Source: an uncultured Acidobacteriota bacterium | GTDB taxonomy: Bacteria > Acidobacteriota > Vicinamibacteria > Vicinamibacterales > CAVVIG01 | Assembly: GCA_963794305.1 (NCBI GenBank) | Contig: CAWCDQ010000024.1 | Location: 43,648-107,647, forward strand | Reading direction: 5' to 3' | DNA: 64,000 nucleotides | Part shown: piece after piece, positions 1 through 11,165 of the stretch | Layout: every line of letters starts with the position of its first letter | How positions within the stretch are numbered: the stretch's first letter is position 1 | Translations under genes and position numbers: made by a program | The notes under the pieces: model-generated | Databases searched by the model: none | What the model was told of the DNA's origin: nothing | The model's input: the letters and a program-made list of their open reading frames with translations, nothing else

Positions 1-621
1 GACAACCAGTCGATGATGTTCCACTGGAAGTACGCCGACGAGCGATCGACGCCGAAGGGACAGATCGGCTGGCTGGTCACGAAGATCGACAACCCCGATC
101 GCGCGACACAGATTGCGGGCGCCATCGACGCGAAGTTCGAGAACTCGCCGTACGAGACGAAAACCCAGACCGAGCAGGCGTTCTCGGCGTCGTTCGCCTC
201 GATGCTCGGCAACCTGAACCTGCTGCTCGGCAGCGTGGCGCTGGCGGTCGTGCTCACGACGCTGTTCGTGGCCGGCAACACGATGGCGATGTCGGTCCGC
301 GAGCGGACGACGGAAATCGCCGTGATGCGCACGCTGGGGTTCCCGTCCGCGACGATCTTCGTCCTGGTGGTCGGTGAAGGGCTCCTCGTGTCGGTGCTCG
401 GCGGCGCGGCAGGCGCGGCGCTTGCCAGGATGATCGTGAACGGCGAGGCGCTCGGGCTGACCGGCGGCTTCATTCCGGCGTTCGGCGTCAACAACGGCAA
501 CCTGATCGTCGGTCTCGGACTGAGCGTGCTCATCGGACTGCTGGCGGCCGTCCTGCCGGCGTCGATGGCCTCGCGCTTGAAGATCGTGGACGCGCTGCGA
601 GCGGGTGGCCTGCGACACAGT
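1..621 (+). CDS. ABC transporter permease (MacB/FtsX family), 5'-truncated
   Basis: SVRERTTEIAVMRTLGF motif and four hydrophobic helices; reads into the next permease, probably through an indel near 600-615. Confidence 0.85.
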
Positions 622-1789
622 ATGGGTCTGATAGCCAGCTACAATCTGCGCTCGATGACGGTCCGCAAGGGGACCGCGGCGATGACGGCCATGGGCATCG
701 CGATGGTCGTCGCCGTCTTCGTCATGACGATGGCGATCGCGCAAGGCTTCAACGGCGCGCTGGTCGCGAGCGGTTCCAACGAGAATGCGATCCTGCTGCG
801 CAAGGGCGCGACGTCGGAAACGGTCAGCGGCGTGCTGCGATCGCAGCTGCCGTTGATCGAGGCGATGCCCCAGGTCGCTCGCGCCCCCGACGGCCACGTC
901 CTCGCGTCGCCGGAACTGGTCGTCATCATCGCGCTGCCGCGTGTCTCCGACAATCAGCCCGCCAACGTTCCGGCGCGCGGCGTCGGACCGCTCGCCTTCG
1001 AGATTCGCAACACGATGAAATTCGTCGAAGGACGCCGTTTCACGCCGGGCACGCGCGAGATCAACGTCGGCAAGCAGGCGACCGTCCGGTTCAAGGGGCT
1101 GACGCTGGGCAGCGACGTCAAGTTCGGCGGCTCGATCTGGAAAGTCGTCGGCATCTTCACCGACGACGACGCGTCGTTCGAGTCGGAGGTGTGGGGTGAC
1201 GTCGATCTGATGATGCCGGCGTTCCAGCGCAACGGCTATCAGTCGGTGACGTTGAAGCTGACCGATCCCTCGGCCTTCGAATCGTTCGCCGCGGCGCTGG
1301 GCGCCGATCCGCGCCTCGATCTCAAGCCGTATCCCGAACGGGACTATTATCAGGGTCAGTCCGAGACCACGGGCACCCTGATACGCGTGTTCGCCACCTT
1401 CGTCACGGCCATCCTCTCGATCGGCGCGGTCTTCGGCGCGGTGAACACCATGTACGCCGCCGTCGCCTACCGCACGCGCGAAATCGGCACCCTGCGGGCG
1501 CTCGGTTTCTCGAGGGCCCGCATCGTCTCCGCGTTTCTGGCGGAGTCGGTCGCGCTGGCGCTCGTCGGCGGCGTCATCGGCTGCCTGCTCGCGCTTCCCG
1601 TGCACGGTCTGTCGACCGGCGCGATGAACATGACCAGCTTCAGCGAACTGGCGTTCAAGTTCCGGATTACGCCCGGGCTTCTCGTCGAACGGCCTCGTGT
1701 TTTCCGCGGTGATGGGGGCGGTCGGCGGCCTGCTCCCGGCACTCCGTGCGGCCCGCATCCCTGTCGCCCGCGCCCTGCGAGAGATATAA
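622..1789 (+). CDS. ABC transporter permease (MacB/FtsX family), frameshift near 1688
   Basis: ATG at 622; AVAYRTREIGTLRALGF motif; natural C-terminus ...ARALREI-TAA at 1787-1789 in another frame. Confidence 0.85.
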
Positions 1790-1791
1790 AC

Positions 1792-2692
1792 GTGCTTCCG
1801 AACGTCATTCAAATCAGCATTTTCTGGATCGTGCAGGCGTCGGCACTGCTCGTCTTCACCGTGCCCTTCCGCTGGCCGCTCGTCGCGCTTGTGGGCCGCG
1901 TCGCATTTCGTGCGCGCCATCGGCCTGACGTTGATCTTCCATCGCTACCTTGCGCACCGCGCGTTCAAGATGAACCGCGCCGCGCGCTTCGTCTGGGCGT
2001 TCATCGGCACCGCGGCGATGCAGAAGGGACCGCTGTGGTGGGCGGGACACCACGTGAACCACCACAAGTACGCCGATCGCGACGGCGATCCGCACAGCCC
2101 GATGATCAGCGGCTTCTACTACGCGCACATCGGCTGGTTCCTGCACGACACGAAGTACGACAAGCTCGAAGCCAGCAATCCCGTGATGCGCGACTTCGGC
2201 AAGGCGCCGGAGCTCGCCTTCCTCGAGCGGTTCTTCTTCCTGCCGCCGGCGATCTTCGCCGCCGCGCTGTACCTGGCCGGTGGATGGCCGTGGCTGGTCT
2301 ACGGGTTCTGCCTGCCGACGATGACGCTGGCGCACGCGACCTTCTGCATCAACACCGTGAACCACCTGTTCGGCTCGCGCCGGTTCGACACGATGGACGA
2401 ATCGCGCAACAACCCGTTCACGGCGTTCTTCGCCGTGGGCGAGGGATGGCACAACAACCACCACCGGTATCAGCGCGCCGCGCGCAACGGGTTCTACTGG
2501 TGGGAGTACGATCTCACCTGGTACGTGATCCGCGCGATGGCCGCCGTCGGCCTGGTGTGGGATATCCAGGCCGTGCCGGATCGGATCTACGACGAGGCGC
2601 GTGCGGTGAAAACGCGCCGCGCCGCCGCGACCGTGCCGAGCGTCGTCGACGCACCGGCGCTGGCGCTCGAACTCGCAGAAGAGCCCGACTAG
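1792..2692 (+). CDS. Delta-9 acyl-CoA/fatty acid desaturase, frameshift near 1890
   Basis: His boxes HRYLAH, HVNHH and GEGWHNNHH; DGDPHSP motif. Confidence 0.9.
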
Positions 2693-2693
2693 A

Positions 2694-2767
2694 GAAACCG
2701 CCGAGACCGCTGAGTTGCCGAGAAACCGATCGATCTTCTCTGCGTGTTTTGCGCTCTCCGCGGTTTC
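2694..2767. repeat. Gene-less inverted-repeat element with 9-nt periodic arms (AACCGCnGAG family)
   Basis: Left arm gaaaccgccgag-accgctgag; right arm reverse complement gaaaccgcggag-agcgcaaaa-cacgcagaga; lies between convergent genes. Confidence 0.75.
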
Positions 2768-3501
2768 ATCCGATCCGTATGTCCGCGACGATCGGCAGAT
2801 GATCGGACGCGACCAGCGATACCCGGGTGCGCGGAAGCTCGACGCCGATCACTTCGACCTTGCCGGAGTAGTAGATGTGATCGAGGTGGAGGACCGGGAA
2901 GAGGCCGGGATATGTCCGCTGCGTCCGCTTGCGCGGAAGAAAATCCCTCAGATCGACGCTGCGCAGTTTCTCGTTCAGCAGTGACGTCGCCAGCCCGCGC
3001 ATCCACTCGTTGAAATCGCCCAGCACCAGCTTCGGTCCCGTGACGTGGCGATCGGAGACGATCGCCGCGAGGCGCTTCGCCTGGTGGCGGCGCTCGAGGA
3101 TGGCCGTGCCGAGATGGACGTTGTAGAGATGCAGCGTGCACCCGTCGGCGGCAATGTCGACGCGCTGCATGCGCCGCGCCTCGCACGTCTTCCACGAGAG
3201 ATCGTGCTCGAGATGATGGGTGATCGGGAGCCGGCTCAGGACGGCGTTGCCGTACTGATGGCCCCGGAACTGCCGTGCCGCGCGCCATCACCCAGCCCAT
3301 GCCCAGGGCCGCGCCGAGTTCCTCGGCGTGCCCGCCGCCGTTGGGACCCGCGCCCACCACTTCCTGAAGCGCCACCACGTCGGCGTCGATTCCCTGCAAC
3401 ACGGCGGCGATCCGATCGGGGCGCGTGCGCCCGTCGAGTCCGCGGCACCGATGCACGTTGTAGGTCGCGATGCGCAGCGTCGGCCGCGCGCCTGGATTCA
3501 C
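2766..3501 (-). CDS. Endonuclease/exonuclease/phosphatase family protein (YbhP-like), frameshifted
   Basis: [26 protein letters not shown] and ASDHLP motifs across two frames. Confidence 0.88.
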
Positions 3502-3517
3502 TACGCTATGATAGTCC

Positions 3518-3898
3518 GTGCTTCGTCGAGCGTCGGCCGTGGGCTTCGTCGTGTGCATCGCGGTCGCTGCGGCTTGCCGCCAGCCGCCGCCGGTGGAACC
3601 GCTCAAGCTGGACGGCAACATGTTGACGGTCGACAATCGATCGTCGAGTGACTGGAATGACGTCGTGATTCTGTTGAACCGGAACCACAGCGTCCGCGCG
3701 GCCTCGATTCCGGCCGGCGGCCGTCTCCAGGTGCCGCTCGACACGTTCGTCGCCGGTTTCGGCCAGCGGTTCAACTATCGTCGCACGCAGATCACGGATC
3801 TTCGTCTGAAGGCCACGCTGGCCGATGGCACACCGCTCGAGTTGAAGAAGGACTTCATGGTCGGTGGACTCGAGGGCGTCCTGGGAGGGAAGCGCTGA
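3518..3898 (+). CDS. Hypothetical lipoprotein
   Basis: Hydrophobic signal ending AAAC; stop overlaps the next start. Confidence 0.7.
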   Translation: MLRRASAVGFVVCIAVAAACRQPPPVEPLKLDGNMLTVDNRSSSDWNDVVILLNRNHSVRAASIPAGGRLQVPLDTFVAGFGQRFNYRRTQITDLRLKATLADGTPLELKKDFMVGGLEGVLGGKR

Positions 3899-4200
3899 TG
3901 GCTCGGCTGAAATCGGAACTCGAAGTGGCGTGCCCCTGCTGTCAGACGGTCCTCGTCATCGACACGAATCTCGGACGTGTCGTCTCGCACAAGGAGCCCG
4001 ACCGCGGGAACAAGCCCGAACTGAGCGACGCGCAGAAGATTCTCGCCGCCGAAGCCGCGCGGCGCGAGGCGATCTTTCAGCAGTCGGTCGACTCTGAAAA
4101 GAATCGCGGGGATGCGTTGTCGAAACGGTTCGATGAGGCGCTGCGTCAGGCCAAGGAAGAGCCGGTCACCAAGCCGATGCGGGATTTCGACCTCGACTAG
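3898..4200 (+). CDS. Hypothetical protein, N-terminal CPCC (Zn-ribbon-like) motif plus helical C-terminus
   Basis: EVACPCCQTVLVID; translationally coupled to the upstream gene. Confidence 0.75.
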   Translation: MARLKSELEVACPCCQTVLVIDTNLGRVVSHKEPDRGNKPELSDAQKILAAEAARREAIFQQSVDSEKNRGDALSKRFDEALRQAKEEPVTKPMRDFDLD

Positions 4201-4319
4201 TCGTCTTCATCCCGCCGGCGCCATCGCCGCTGCCACTCGTTCTCGCGCCACCATCGCCTGCCCAGGTCGACCACGAAGATGCCGACCAGCAGGACGACGA
4301 TGAAAACTGTGGCTTCCAC
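4197..4319 (-). CDS. Putative 40-aa single-pass membrane microprotein
   Basis: GTG-start ORF MEATVFIVVLLVGIFVVDLGRRWWRENEWQRRWRRRDEDD, too short for the ORF track; fills the gap between genes. Confidence 0.55.
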   Translation of the reverse strand: MEATVFIVVLLVGIFVVDLGRRWWRENEWQRRWRRRDEDD

Positions 4320-4355
4320 GAGGAAAACCAAGAATAAACAAGGCTCAACCCAATA

Positions 4356-5024
4356 TCAACCGTCGTAGTCGAACTCGGGCGGCAGCGGCGTCCATCGTTC
4401 GCGTCCGCCGTAGAAGACGGGCTTGCGGCCGGGAAAGGCCGCGCGGAACGCGCGATACCGCGATCGCAGCCGCTTGACGCGTTCGTCCGACGACCGAAGC
4501 GGCTGGTGCGGGTAATCGAGCAGGACGCGCTCCACCTTCCACACATTGCCGCTCGCCAGACGCCAGTCGTAATCGCCCATCAGCTCCGCGATGTTCACGA
4601 CGGCGAAGCCCGTCACCCGGCCCGTGAAGTCCACGTACGGATCCATGTAGCTGCGCGCGAGCGCGCGAGGTGATGCGAATAGCGGCCGCCGGCCATGGAG
4701 ACCCGGATCGCGCGAGCGTGCGATCGACCCCCAGCGTCCGCGGCGCTGGTAGACGTGAATCACGTGGTCGAGTCGATCGATCGACTCGAAGCTGAGAAGA
4801 AGCGGGGGATAGCCGTGCGCTTCGAGCGTGACGGCCGAAAAGAGCGCGGCCTCGAGGCAGTGCGCACAGCCTTCGCGGACGACGCCGCGAAAGCTGCGCA
4901 GGGTGGCGCGTCCGCCCGGCTCCTGGTTGTAGGGCAGCGCGTTCAGGTAGCGCTGGACCGCCGCCGGCGTCCGCAGCCTCGCGATGAGCCGTCGCTCGCG
5001 GGGCGTGTATCCGTTAGTTGCCAG
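4356..5024 (-). CDS. Hypothetical protein, transglutaminase-like (start uncertain)
   Basis: YLNALPYN...AHCLEAA...DHV...WGSIARS pattern with candidate Cys/His catalytic residues. Confidence 0.65.
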   Translation of the reverse strand: MATNGYTPRERRLIARLRTPAAVQRYLNALPYNQEPGGRATLRSFRGVVREGCAHCLEAALFSAVTLEAHGYPPLLLSFESIDRLDHVIHVYQRRGRWGSIARSRDPGLHGRRPLFASPRALARSYMDPYVDFTGRVTGFAVVNIAELMGDYDWRLASGNVWKVERVLLDYPHQPLRSSDERVKRLRSRYRAFRAAFPGRKPVFYGGRERWTPLPPEFDYDG

Positions 5025-5904
5025 TCCCCAGCTCCCGGAGGTCCTTGAGGATCTGTTCGGGCGTCCAGTCGTTGCCCGTATAGACCTTCGCCAGCTTGCC
5101 GTCCGCGTTGACGATGGCGGTCCGAAGATTGTGCGTGATGTCGCGCGCGTCGTTGAGCGCACGATCGACCGACACTCCAAAACGCGCGGCGAACTGATCC
5201 ACCTCGTCGCGATCGCCGGTGAGGAACGTCCAGCGGGTGAAGTCGGCGTCAAGACTTCTGGCGTGCTTCTTCAGGACCGGTGGCGTATCGGTCGTCGGAT
5301 CGAAACTCACGGTGACGAGGTGCACGTTCTGGAGCGCCGCATCCGACTTCAGCGATTTCTGAAGCGCCGCGAAGTGTCGATCCATGAGGGGACAGAACGT
5401 CGGAAGGGGGCAGCGGGTGTAGATGAATGTCAGGACGACGGTCGATCCCTTGAACGCGCCGAAATGCCGGGCCTTGCCGTCCTGATCGAGGAATTTTGTG
5501 TCTGGCACTGCCTCGCCTGGCTTCAGCAATTCGAAGCCGGCCGAAGCGGTGGGCGGGTTGGGCACGTCGGCCGGCGGTTTCTCGAGCGGCGCGGTGCCGA
5601 CTTTCCTGATGTCGACGAGCCGTGCGCCATTCGAGAAGATGACCAGCTTCGAGTTGATCAAGTCGCCCGGCGCGAGTCCGTCGAGGGCCTTGGCGTCGGC
5701 CACTTCGTAGGGCATGGTCATCGCCGGCATGAAGCCGACGATCTCTTCGTGTTTGACCGTGACCAGCTTGCGGGGCAGATCGAGTGACTGTACCTGGCCC
5801 TGCAGCGTGAATGTCCGCTGCTCGGGCGCCCTGCTGCACGCCGCGGCCGCGAGCGCCAGGCACAGGGACAAAACGCGGGGAAGCAAAACGAAGCGAGCGC
5901 GCAT
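5014..5904 (-). CDS. SCO1/SenC copper chaperone with N-terminal CusF-like domain, lipoprotein
   Basis: KHEEIVGFMPAMTM (CusF-like); FIYTRCPLPTFCP; SFDPTTD; ITHNL. Confidence 0.92.
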   Translation of the reverse strand: MRARFVLLPRVLSLCLALAAAACSRAPEQRTFTLQGQVQSLDLPRKLVTVKHEEIVGFMPAMTMPYEVADAKALDGLAPGDLINSKLVIFSNGARLVDIRKVGTAPLEKPPADVPNPPTASAGFELLKPGEAVPDTKFLDQDGKARHFGAFKGSTVVLTFIYTRCPLPTFCPLMDRHFAALQKSLKSDAALQNVHLVTVSFDPTTDTPPVLKKHARSLDADFTRWTFLTGDRDEVDQFAARFGVSVDRALNDARDITHNLRTAIVNADGKLAKVYTGNDWTPEQILKDLRELGTGN

Positions 5905-5919
5905 ATCATCTTAGTGTAG

Positions 5920-6633
5920 ATGATCTGGACAGGCACCTCCGGCTACAACTATCCCGAGTGGAAAGGCAGTTTCTATCCGGCTGACCTCGCGGCGGCCAAG
6001 ATGCTGCCGTACTACGCGGCACGGTTTCCGACCGTCGAGATCAACTACACGTTTTACCGGATGCCGAACGAGAAGATCGTGGCGGGCTGGGCGGCGCAGA
6101 CGCCGTCGCCCTACAAGCTCACGCTGAAGGCGCCCCGGCGGATCACGCACGACAGCCGGCTGAAAAACGTCGGCGATCACGTGCAGGCATTCTGCGGCGT
6201 GGCGGGGACCCTCGGCGAGAAACTCGGCGCCCTGTTGTTCCAGCTTCCGCCGAACCTGAAAAAGGATCTGGGGCTGTTCGACGCGTTCCTCGAAACGCTG
6301 CCGCCGAAGGTCTGCGCGGCATTCGAGTTCCGCCATCCGTCATGGCACGAAGACGACATTTTCGGGAGGCTCGCGGCCCGCAACCTTGCGTTGTGCGTGG
6401 CCGACAGCGAGAAGCTGTCGGCGCCGGTCAAGGTGACGGCAGACTATGCGTACTTCCGGCTGCGCGACGAGGGCTACACGCCGGACGACATCACGCGCTG
6501 GGCCGACACCATCGCGCGGGAGACGGCCGCGTGCAGGGATGTCTTCGTCTATTTCAAGCACGAAGACGAAGGCAAAGGCCCTGAGTTCGCGCAGTTGTTG
6601 ATGAAGCATCTCGGGATAGGAGCGAAGGCGTAA
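5920..6633 (+). CDS. DUF72 domain protein
   Basis: GTSGYNYPEWKGSFYP, VEINYTFY, LLFQLPP. Confidence 0.93.
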   Translation: MIWTGTSGYNYPEWKGSFYPADLAAAKMLPYYAARFPTVEINYTFYRMPNEKIVAGWAAQTPSPYKLTLKAPRRITHDSRLKNVGDHVQAFCGVAGTLGEKLGALLFQLPPNLKKDLGLFDAFLETLPPKVCAAFEFRHPSWHEDDIFGRLAARNLALCVADSEKLSAPVKVTADYAYFRLRDEGYTPDDITRWADTIARETAACRDVFVYFKHEDEGKGPEFAQLLMKHLGIGAKA

Positions 6634-6639
6634 AGAAAA

Positions 6640-8204
6640 ATGGCCGAACCGTTCCTCATCGCAAAGACCGCAACCGGCGACGAGGTCATGTTCCTTCCAT
6701 CGCTGGCCAACCGCCATGGGCTCGTGACCGGCGCCACCGGCACCGGCAAGACCGTGACGCTGCAGATGTTGGCGGAGCATTTCTCGCGCATCGGTGTGCC
6801 GGTGTTCATGGCCGACGTCAAAGGGGATCTCTCAGGCATTGCCGCGGCGGGGGCGACCTCGCCCAAGCTGAGTGAAAGGCTGAAGACGACAGGCTTCGAA
6901 GCCCCGGCCTGGTCGGCGAGCCCGGTCGCGTTCTGGGATGTGTTCGGCAAGCGCGGCGTGCCGGTCCGCGCCACGATCTCGGATCTGGGCCCGCTGCTGC
7001 TGTCGCGGTTGTTCAATCTGAATCCGACGCAGCAAGGCGTGCTCACGCTGATCTTCAAGGTCGCCGACGACAACGGGCTGCTGCTGCTCGACCTGAAGGA
7101 TCTTCGTGCGATGCTGCAGTTCGCCGGCGACAACGCGTCGACCTTCACGACCAAGTACGGCAACATCTCCACGGCGTCGATCGGCGCCATCCAGCGTTCG
7201 CTGCTCGAGGTCGAACAGCAGGGCGGCGCGTCGTTTTTCGGCGAGCCGATGCTCGACGTCGACGATCTGCTGCAGACCGACGCCCAGGGGCGCGGCATGG
7301 TCAACGTCCTCGCAGCGGAGGAGTTGATCCGGTCGCCGAAGCTCTACGCGATCTTCCTGCTGTGGCTGCTGTCGGAGCTGTTCGAGCGGCTGCCCGAGGT
7401 GGGCGATCCCGACAAGCCGACGCTGGTGTTCTTCTTCGACGAGGCGCATCTGCTGTTTACCGATGCGCCGCAGCCGCTCATCGAGAAGATCGAGCAGGTG
7501 GTCCGGCTGATCCGGTCCAAGGGCGTCGGCGTCTATTTCGTCACGCAGAGCCCGGCCGACGTGCCCGACACCGTGCTGGGTCAGCTCGGCAACCGCGTGC
7601 AGCATGCGCTGCGCGCCTTCACGCCGCGCGATCAGAAGGCGGTCAAGACCGCTGCCGAAACGCTGCGGCCGAATCCGAAGGTCGACATCGCACAGGCGAT
7701 CACCGAGCTCGCCGTCGGCGAGGCGCTGGTGTCGATGCTCGACGCCAAGGGCAGCCCGACGATGACCGAGCGCGCCTGGATGGCGCCGCCGGCGTCGCGA
7801 ATCGGGCCGATCACCGATGCCGAGCGAGCGGCTGTTCGCGAGCAAACCAAGCCGCTGTACGGTCACTACGAGCAGGCGATCGATCGCGAGTCGGCGTTCG
7901 AGAAGCTCGCAGGCGGCGGGAGGCGGGGCGGGACAGGCAGGACAGGCGGGAGGGGCAGGAAGGCGGGACAGGCAGGAGCGCCGGGAACCGCCGGCACGCC
8001 GCGGCATCGGCCGGCTCGACGATCACCGACGCGCTGTCTGCAATTCTCCTCGGCACCACCGGGCCGCGCGGCGGCCATCACGACGGTCTGGTCCAGTCGG
8101 CGGCGAAGAGCGCCGCGCGATCAGTCGGCTCCGGCTTCGGCCGCGCGATTCTCCGCGGCGCGCTCGGGTCGATTCTGGGCGGGTCGACTAAACGTAGTCG
8201 ATAG
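6640..8204 (+). CDS. HerA-like ATPase (DUF853/YjgR family), frameshift near the C-terminus
   Basis: [15 protein letters not shown] Walker A; FFFDEAH; [21 protein letters not shown]; C-terminal [14 protein letters not shown] in another frame. Confidence 0.92.
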
Positions 8205-8360
8205 TCTTGAGTCGTTGAGTACGACGTCGTTGGTCGTTAGTCGAGTCGTGTGTCGCGAGTCCGCACCGATGACTCGACTCCCGACTGAGCGACTCGACTC
8301 ATCGACTGATGACTCGACTCTCGACTAACGACTCGTACTATCGACCAAAGACTATCGACT
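8196..8360. repeat. Long imperfect hairpin of AGTCG/CGACT tandem units between convergent genes
   Basis: Left agtcgatagtctt...; right ...aagactatcgact. Confidence 0.75.
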
Positions 8361-9383
8361 CTTCGTGCCCCGTGCCCTTTCCGCGTCGTCTAACGAACCT
8401 GTCTGAAACTGAGCCTGCCGACTGATGAAGTCGACGATCTGATTTTCAGCCCAGTAGCCGTCGTCGTGTGGTGAACTGACGCCGACGAAGCCGCAGTGGC
8501 CGCCGTGCTTGCTGATCCGGAGATCGATGTTCGGGTTGCCGGTGACCTTCGGATCGTGGAACGGCGCTGACGGTACGAACGGGTCGTCTTCCGCCGTGAT
8601 GACGAGCGCCGGCACGCTCACGCGATCGATCACGCGCATCGCGCTCGCCCGATGGTAGTAGTCCTCGGCGCTGCGGAATCCGAAGTAGGGCGCCGTATAG
8701 GTCTCGTCGAACTGCGCGGACGGTGGTGATCGCGTTCAGCGTCGACAGGTCGAACATGCCGGGGTGGCAGCGGCCTTTCGCCGCATGCGCCGCTTCAGGT
8801 CCCGCACGAAATTCCACTGATACACCACATTGCCCGGCCGCTCCAGCGCGCGCGTGCACTGGCTGATCTCGATGATCGGCGACACGGCCGCCACGCCGAT
8901 GAATCCGGCCGGCGCGTGCGCGCCGTACTCGCCCGCCAGCTTCAACGCCAGGTTGCCGCCGAGGGAGTAGCCGGCGACGCCGATCGCGCGAAGGCCGTCG
9001 ACGCGCATCAGCTCGTCCACGACGTGCGCGGCATCCGCCGTCAGGCCGGAATGAAACAGGCCCTCGGACAGGTGCTCGGTGTCTCCGCAGTTGCGCTGGT
9101 TCAGCCGGACGACGTTCATGCCGCGCGCGAATGCCTTCGCCGCGAGGCCGCGCATGTAGTGCGCCTCGCTCGATCCGTTCAGCCCGTGGAGCGCGATGAG
9201 CGTGGTTCGCGTCTGCCGCGCCGGCTGCCAGTGACAATCGGCGACAACACGCGTCCTTCGCGCGACGTCGAAGTAGCGCCGCGTCGGCTTCGGCAGCCGG
9301 GGAAAGTGGCGCGGGTTCCCCCAGCTGTACAAGGTCATGACATGACCATTCTGTAGGGATTCGCGCGGCTCGAAACGCTCCAT
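8352..9383 (-). CDS. Alpha/beta hydrolase (YheT family), frameshifted
   Basis: LHGLNGSS, GYSLGG nucleophile elbow, AEDDPFVP, GGHCGF. Confidence 0.9.
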
Positions 9384-9399
9384 CTCCACGATCATACTT

Positions 9400-9481
9400 G
9401 CAGGGATTCGAGTGGGGAATGGGGATTGGGGATTAGAATGTGCGCGTTGCCAATCCCTGATCCCAAACCCCTAATCCCTGC
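9400..9481. repeat. Hairpin of 7-nt GGGGATT/AATCCCT units between divergent genes
   Basis: gcagggatt...aatccctgc termini. Confidence 0.7.
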
Positions 9482-9494
9482 TGGGGAGGCCTTC

Positions 9495-11133
9495 ATGCGT
9501 ACGTCTCGACTGCTGTTGTTGATCGGCGCCGCGATCGCGCTCACCGTGTCGCTGCCGGCCGCGCAGCAAACAACGCAGCCCCTGCCTGCGCCGCCATCGA
9601 ATCCCCGCACCGATCAGTTCAAGCGCGACGTCGGCATGGAAGTCGACGCGATGGGCGAGAACATCCAGAAGATGAACGACATGGTGTTCAGCTTCGCCGA
9701 GCCCGGCTTCCAGGAGTTCGAAACCTCGAAGTACCTGACGACGATCCTGAAGCAGAACGGCTTCACCATTCAGGAGGGCATCGCCGGCATCCCGACGGCG
9801 TGGACGGCAACGTGGGGCAGCGGCAAGCCGGTCATCGCGCTGGGCTCCGACATCGACGACATCCCGCAGGCGTCGCAGAAGCCGGGCGTCGCCTGGCACG
9901 AGCCGATCATCGAAGGCGCGCCGGGCCACGGCGAGGGACACAACTCGGGCATGCCGCTGCAGATCGCCGCCGCGCTCGCCGTCAAGAAGGTCATGGAGCA
10001 GCAGCACCTGCAGGGCACGCTGAAGCTCTGGCCCGGCGTCGCCGAGGAACTGCTCGGCACCAAGGCGTACTACGTGCGCGCCGGCGTCTTCAAGGACGTC
10101 GACATCTGCATCTTCGCGCACGTCGGCGCGCAGATGAACGTCGGCTGGGGCGACAGCGGCGGCAACGGCATGGTCTCGGTGGAGTACGACTTCAAGGGCG
10201 AGAGCGCGCACGCCGCCGGCGCGCCGTGGCGCGGCCGCTCGGCGCTCGACGCCGTGGAGCTGATGGACATCGGCTGGAACTTCCGCCGCGAGCACCTGCG
10301 CATCCAGCAGCGCTCGCACTACGTCATCCCCAACGGCGGCGATCAGCCCAACGTCGTCCCGCCCAACGCCTCGGTCTGGTACTACTTCCGCGAGACCAGC
10401 TACGAGGAAATCAAGAAGCTGTGGGACATCGGCAACAACATGGCGAAGGCCGCCACGATGATGACCGACACCGAGTACACGATGAAGCTGCTCGGCTCGG
10501 CCTGGCCGGCGCACATGAACAAGACCGTGGCCGAGACGATGCACGCGAACATCGAGAAGGTGGGGCTGCCGACGTGGACGCGAGGCGGACCAGGCGCTCG
10601 CCAAGGCGGTCCAGCGCGAGATGAAGGTGCCGGAGACCGGACTGGCCACGAAAATCAACCCGCTGCGCGGCCGCGAGGTGATTCCCGACGAGGAAAAGCG
10701 CGGCGGCGGCTCGGACGACATCGGCGACATCTCCTGGAACGTGCCGACCGTGACGATCGGCTATCCCGCGAACATCCAGGCCGGTCCTGGCCACAACTGG
10801 GCCAACGCCATCTCGATGGCGACGCCGATCGCGCACAAGGGCGTGCAGTACGGCGCCAAGGTGGTGGCGCTGACCGTGATCGATCTGCTGACGCGGCCCG
10901 AGCTCGTCACGCAGGCGTGGGACTACTTCAACAACGTGCAGACGAAGAACAAGAAGTACGTGCCGTTCCTCCGCCCCGAGGACAAGCCGGCCATCTGGCT
11001 GAACAAGGAGCGGATGGAGAAGTACCGGCCGGAGATGAAGAAGTACTACTACGACCCGACGAAGTACAAGAACTACCTGGAGCAGCTCGGCATCAAGTAT
11101 CCGACGACGGAGAAGCCAGCCACCAAGAATTAG
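9495..11133 (+). CDS. Secreted M20 amidohydrolase (AbgB-like), copy 1, frameshift near 10580
   Basis: Signal peptide; [29 protein letters not shown]. Confidence 0.88.
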
Positions 11134-11165
11134 GAATTAAGCAATTGGGAATTAGGAATTAAGAA
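11127..11165 (+). repeat. Tandem 7-nt repeats (GAATTAG-like) between the paralogues
   Basis: gaattaggaattaagcaattgggaattaggaattaag. Confidence 0.7.

Noticed and set aside
13-2802. 929-aa permease-permease-desaturase fusion ORF
   Set aside because: Artefact of indels; natural starts and stops are visible at 622, 1789 and 1792.
8196-8360. Possible CRISPR array in this and other repeat tracts
   Set aside because: Units are 5-9 nt without unique spacers, and no cas genes are present.
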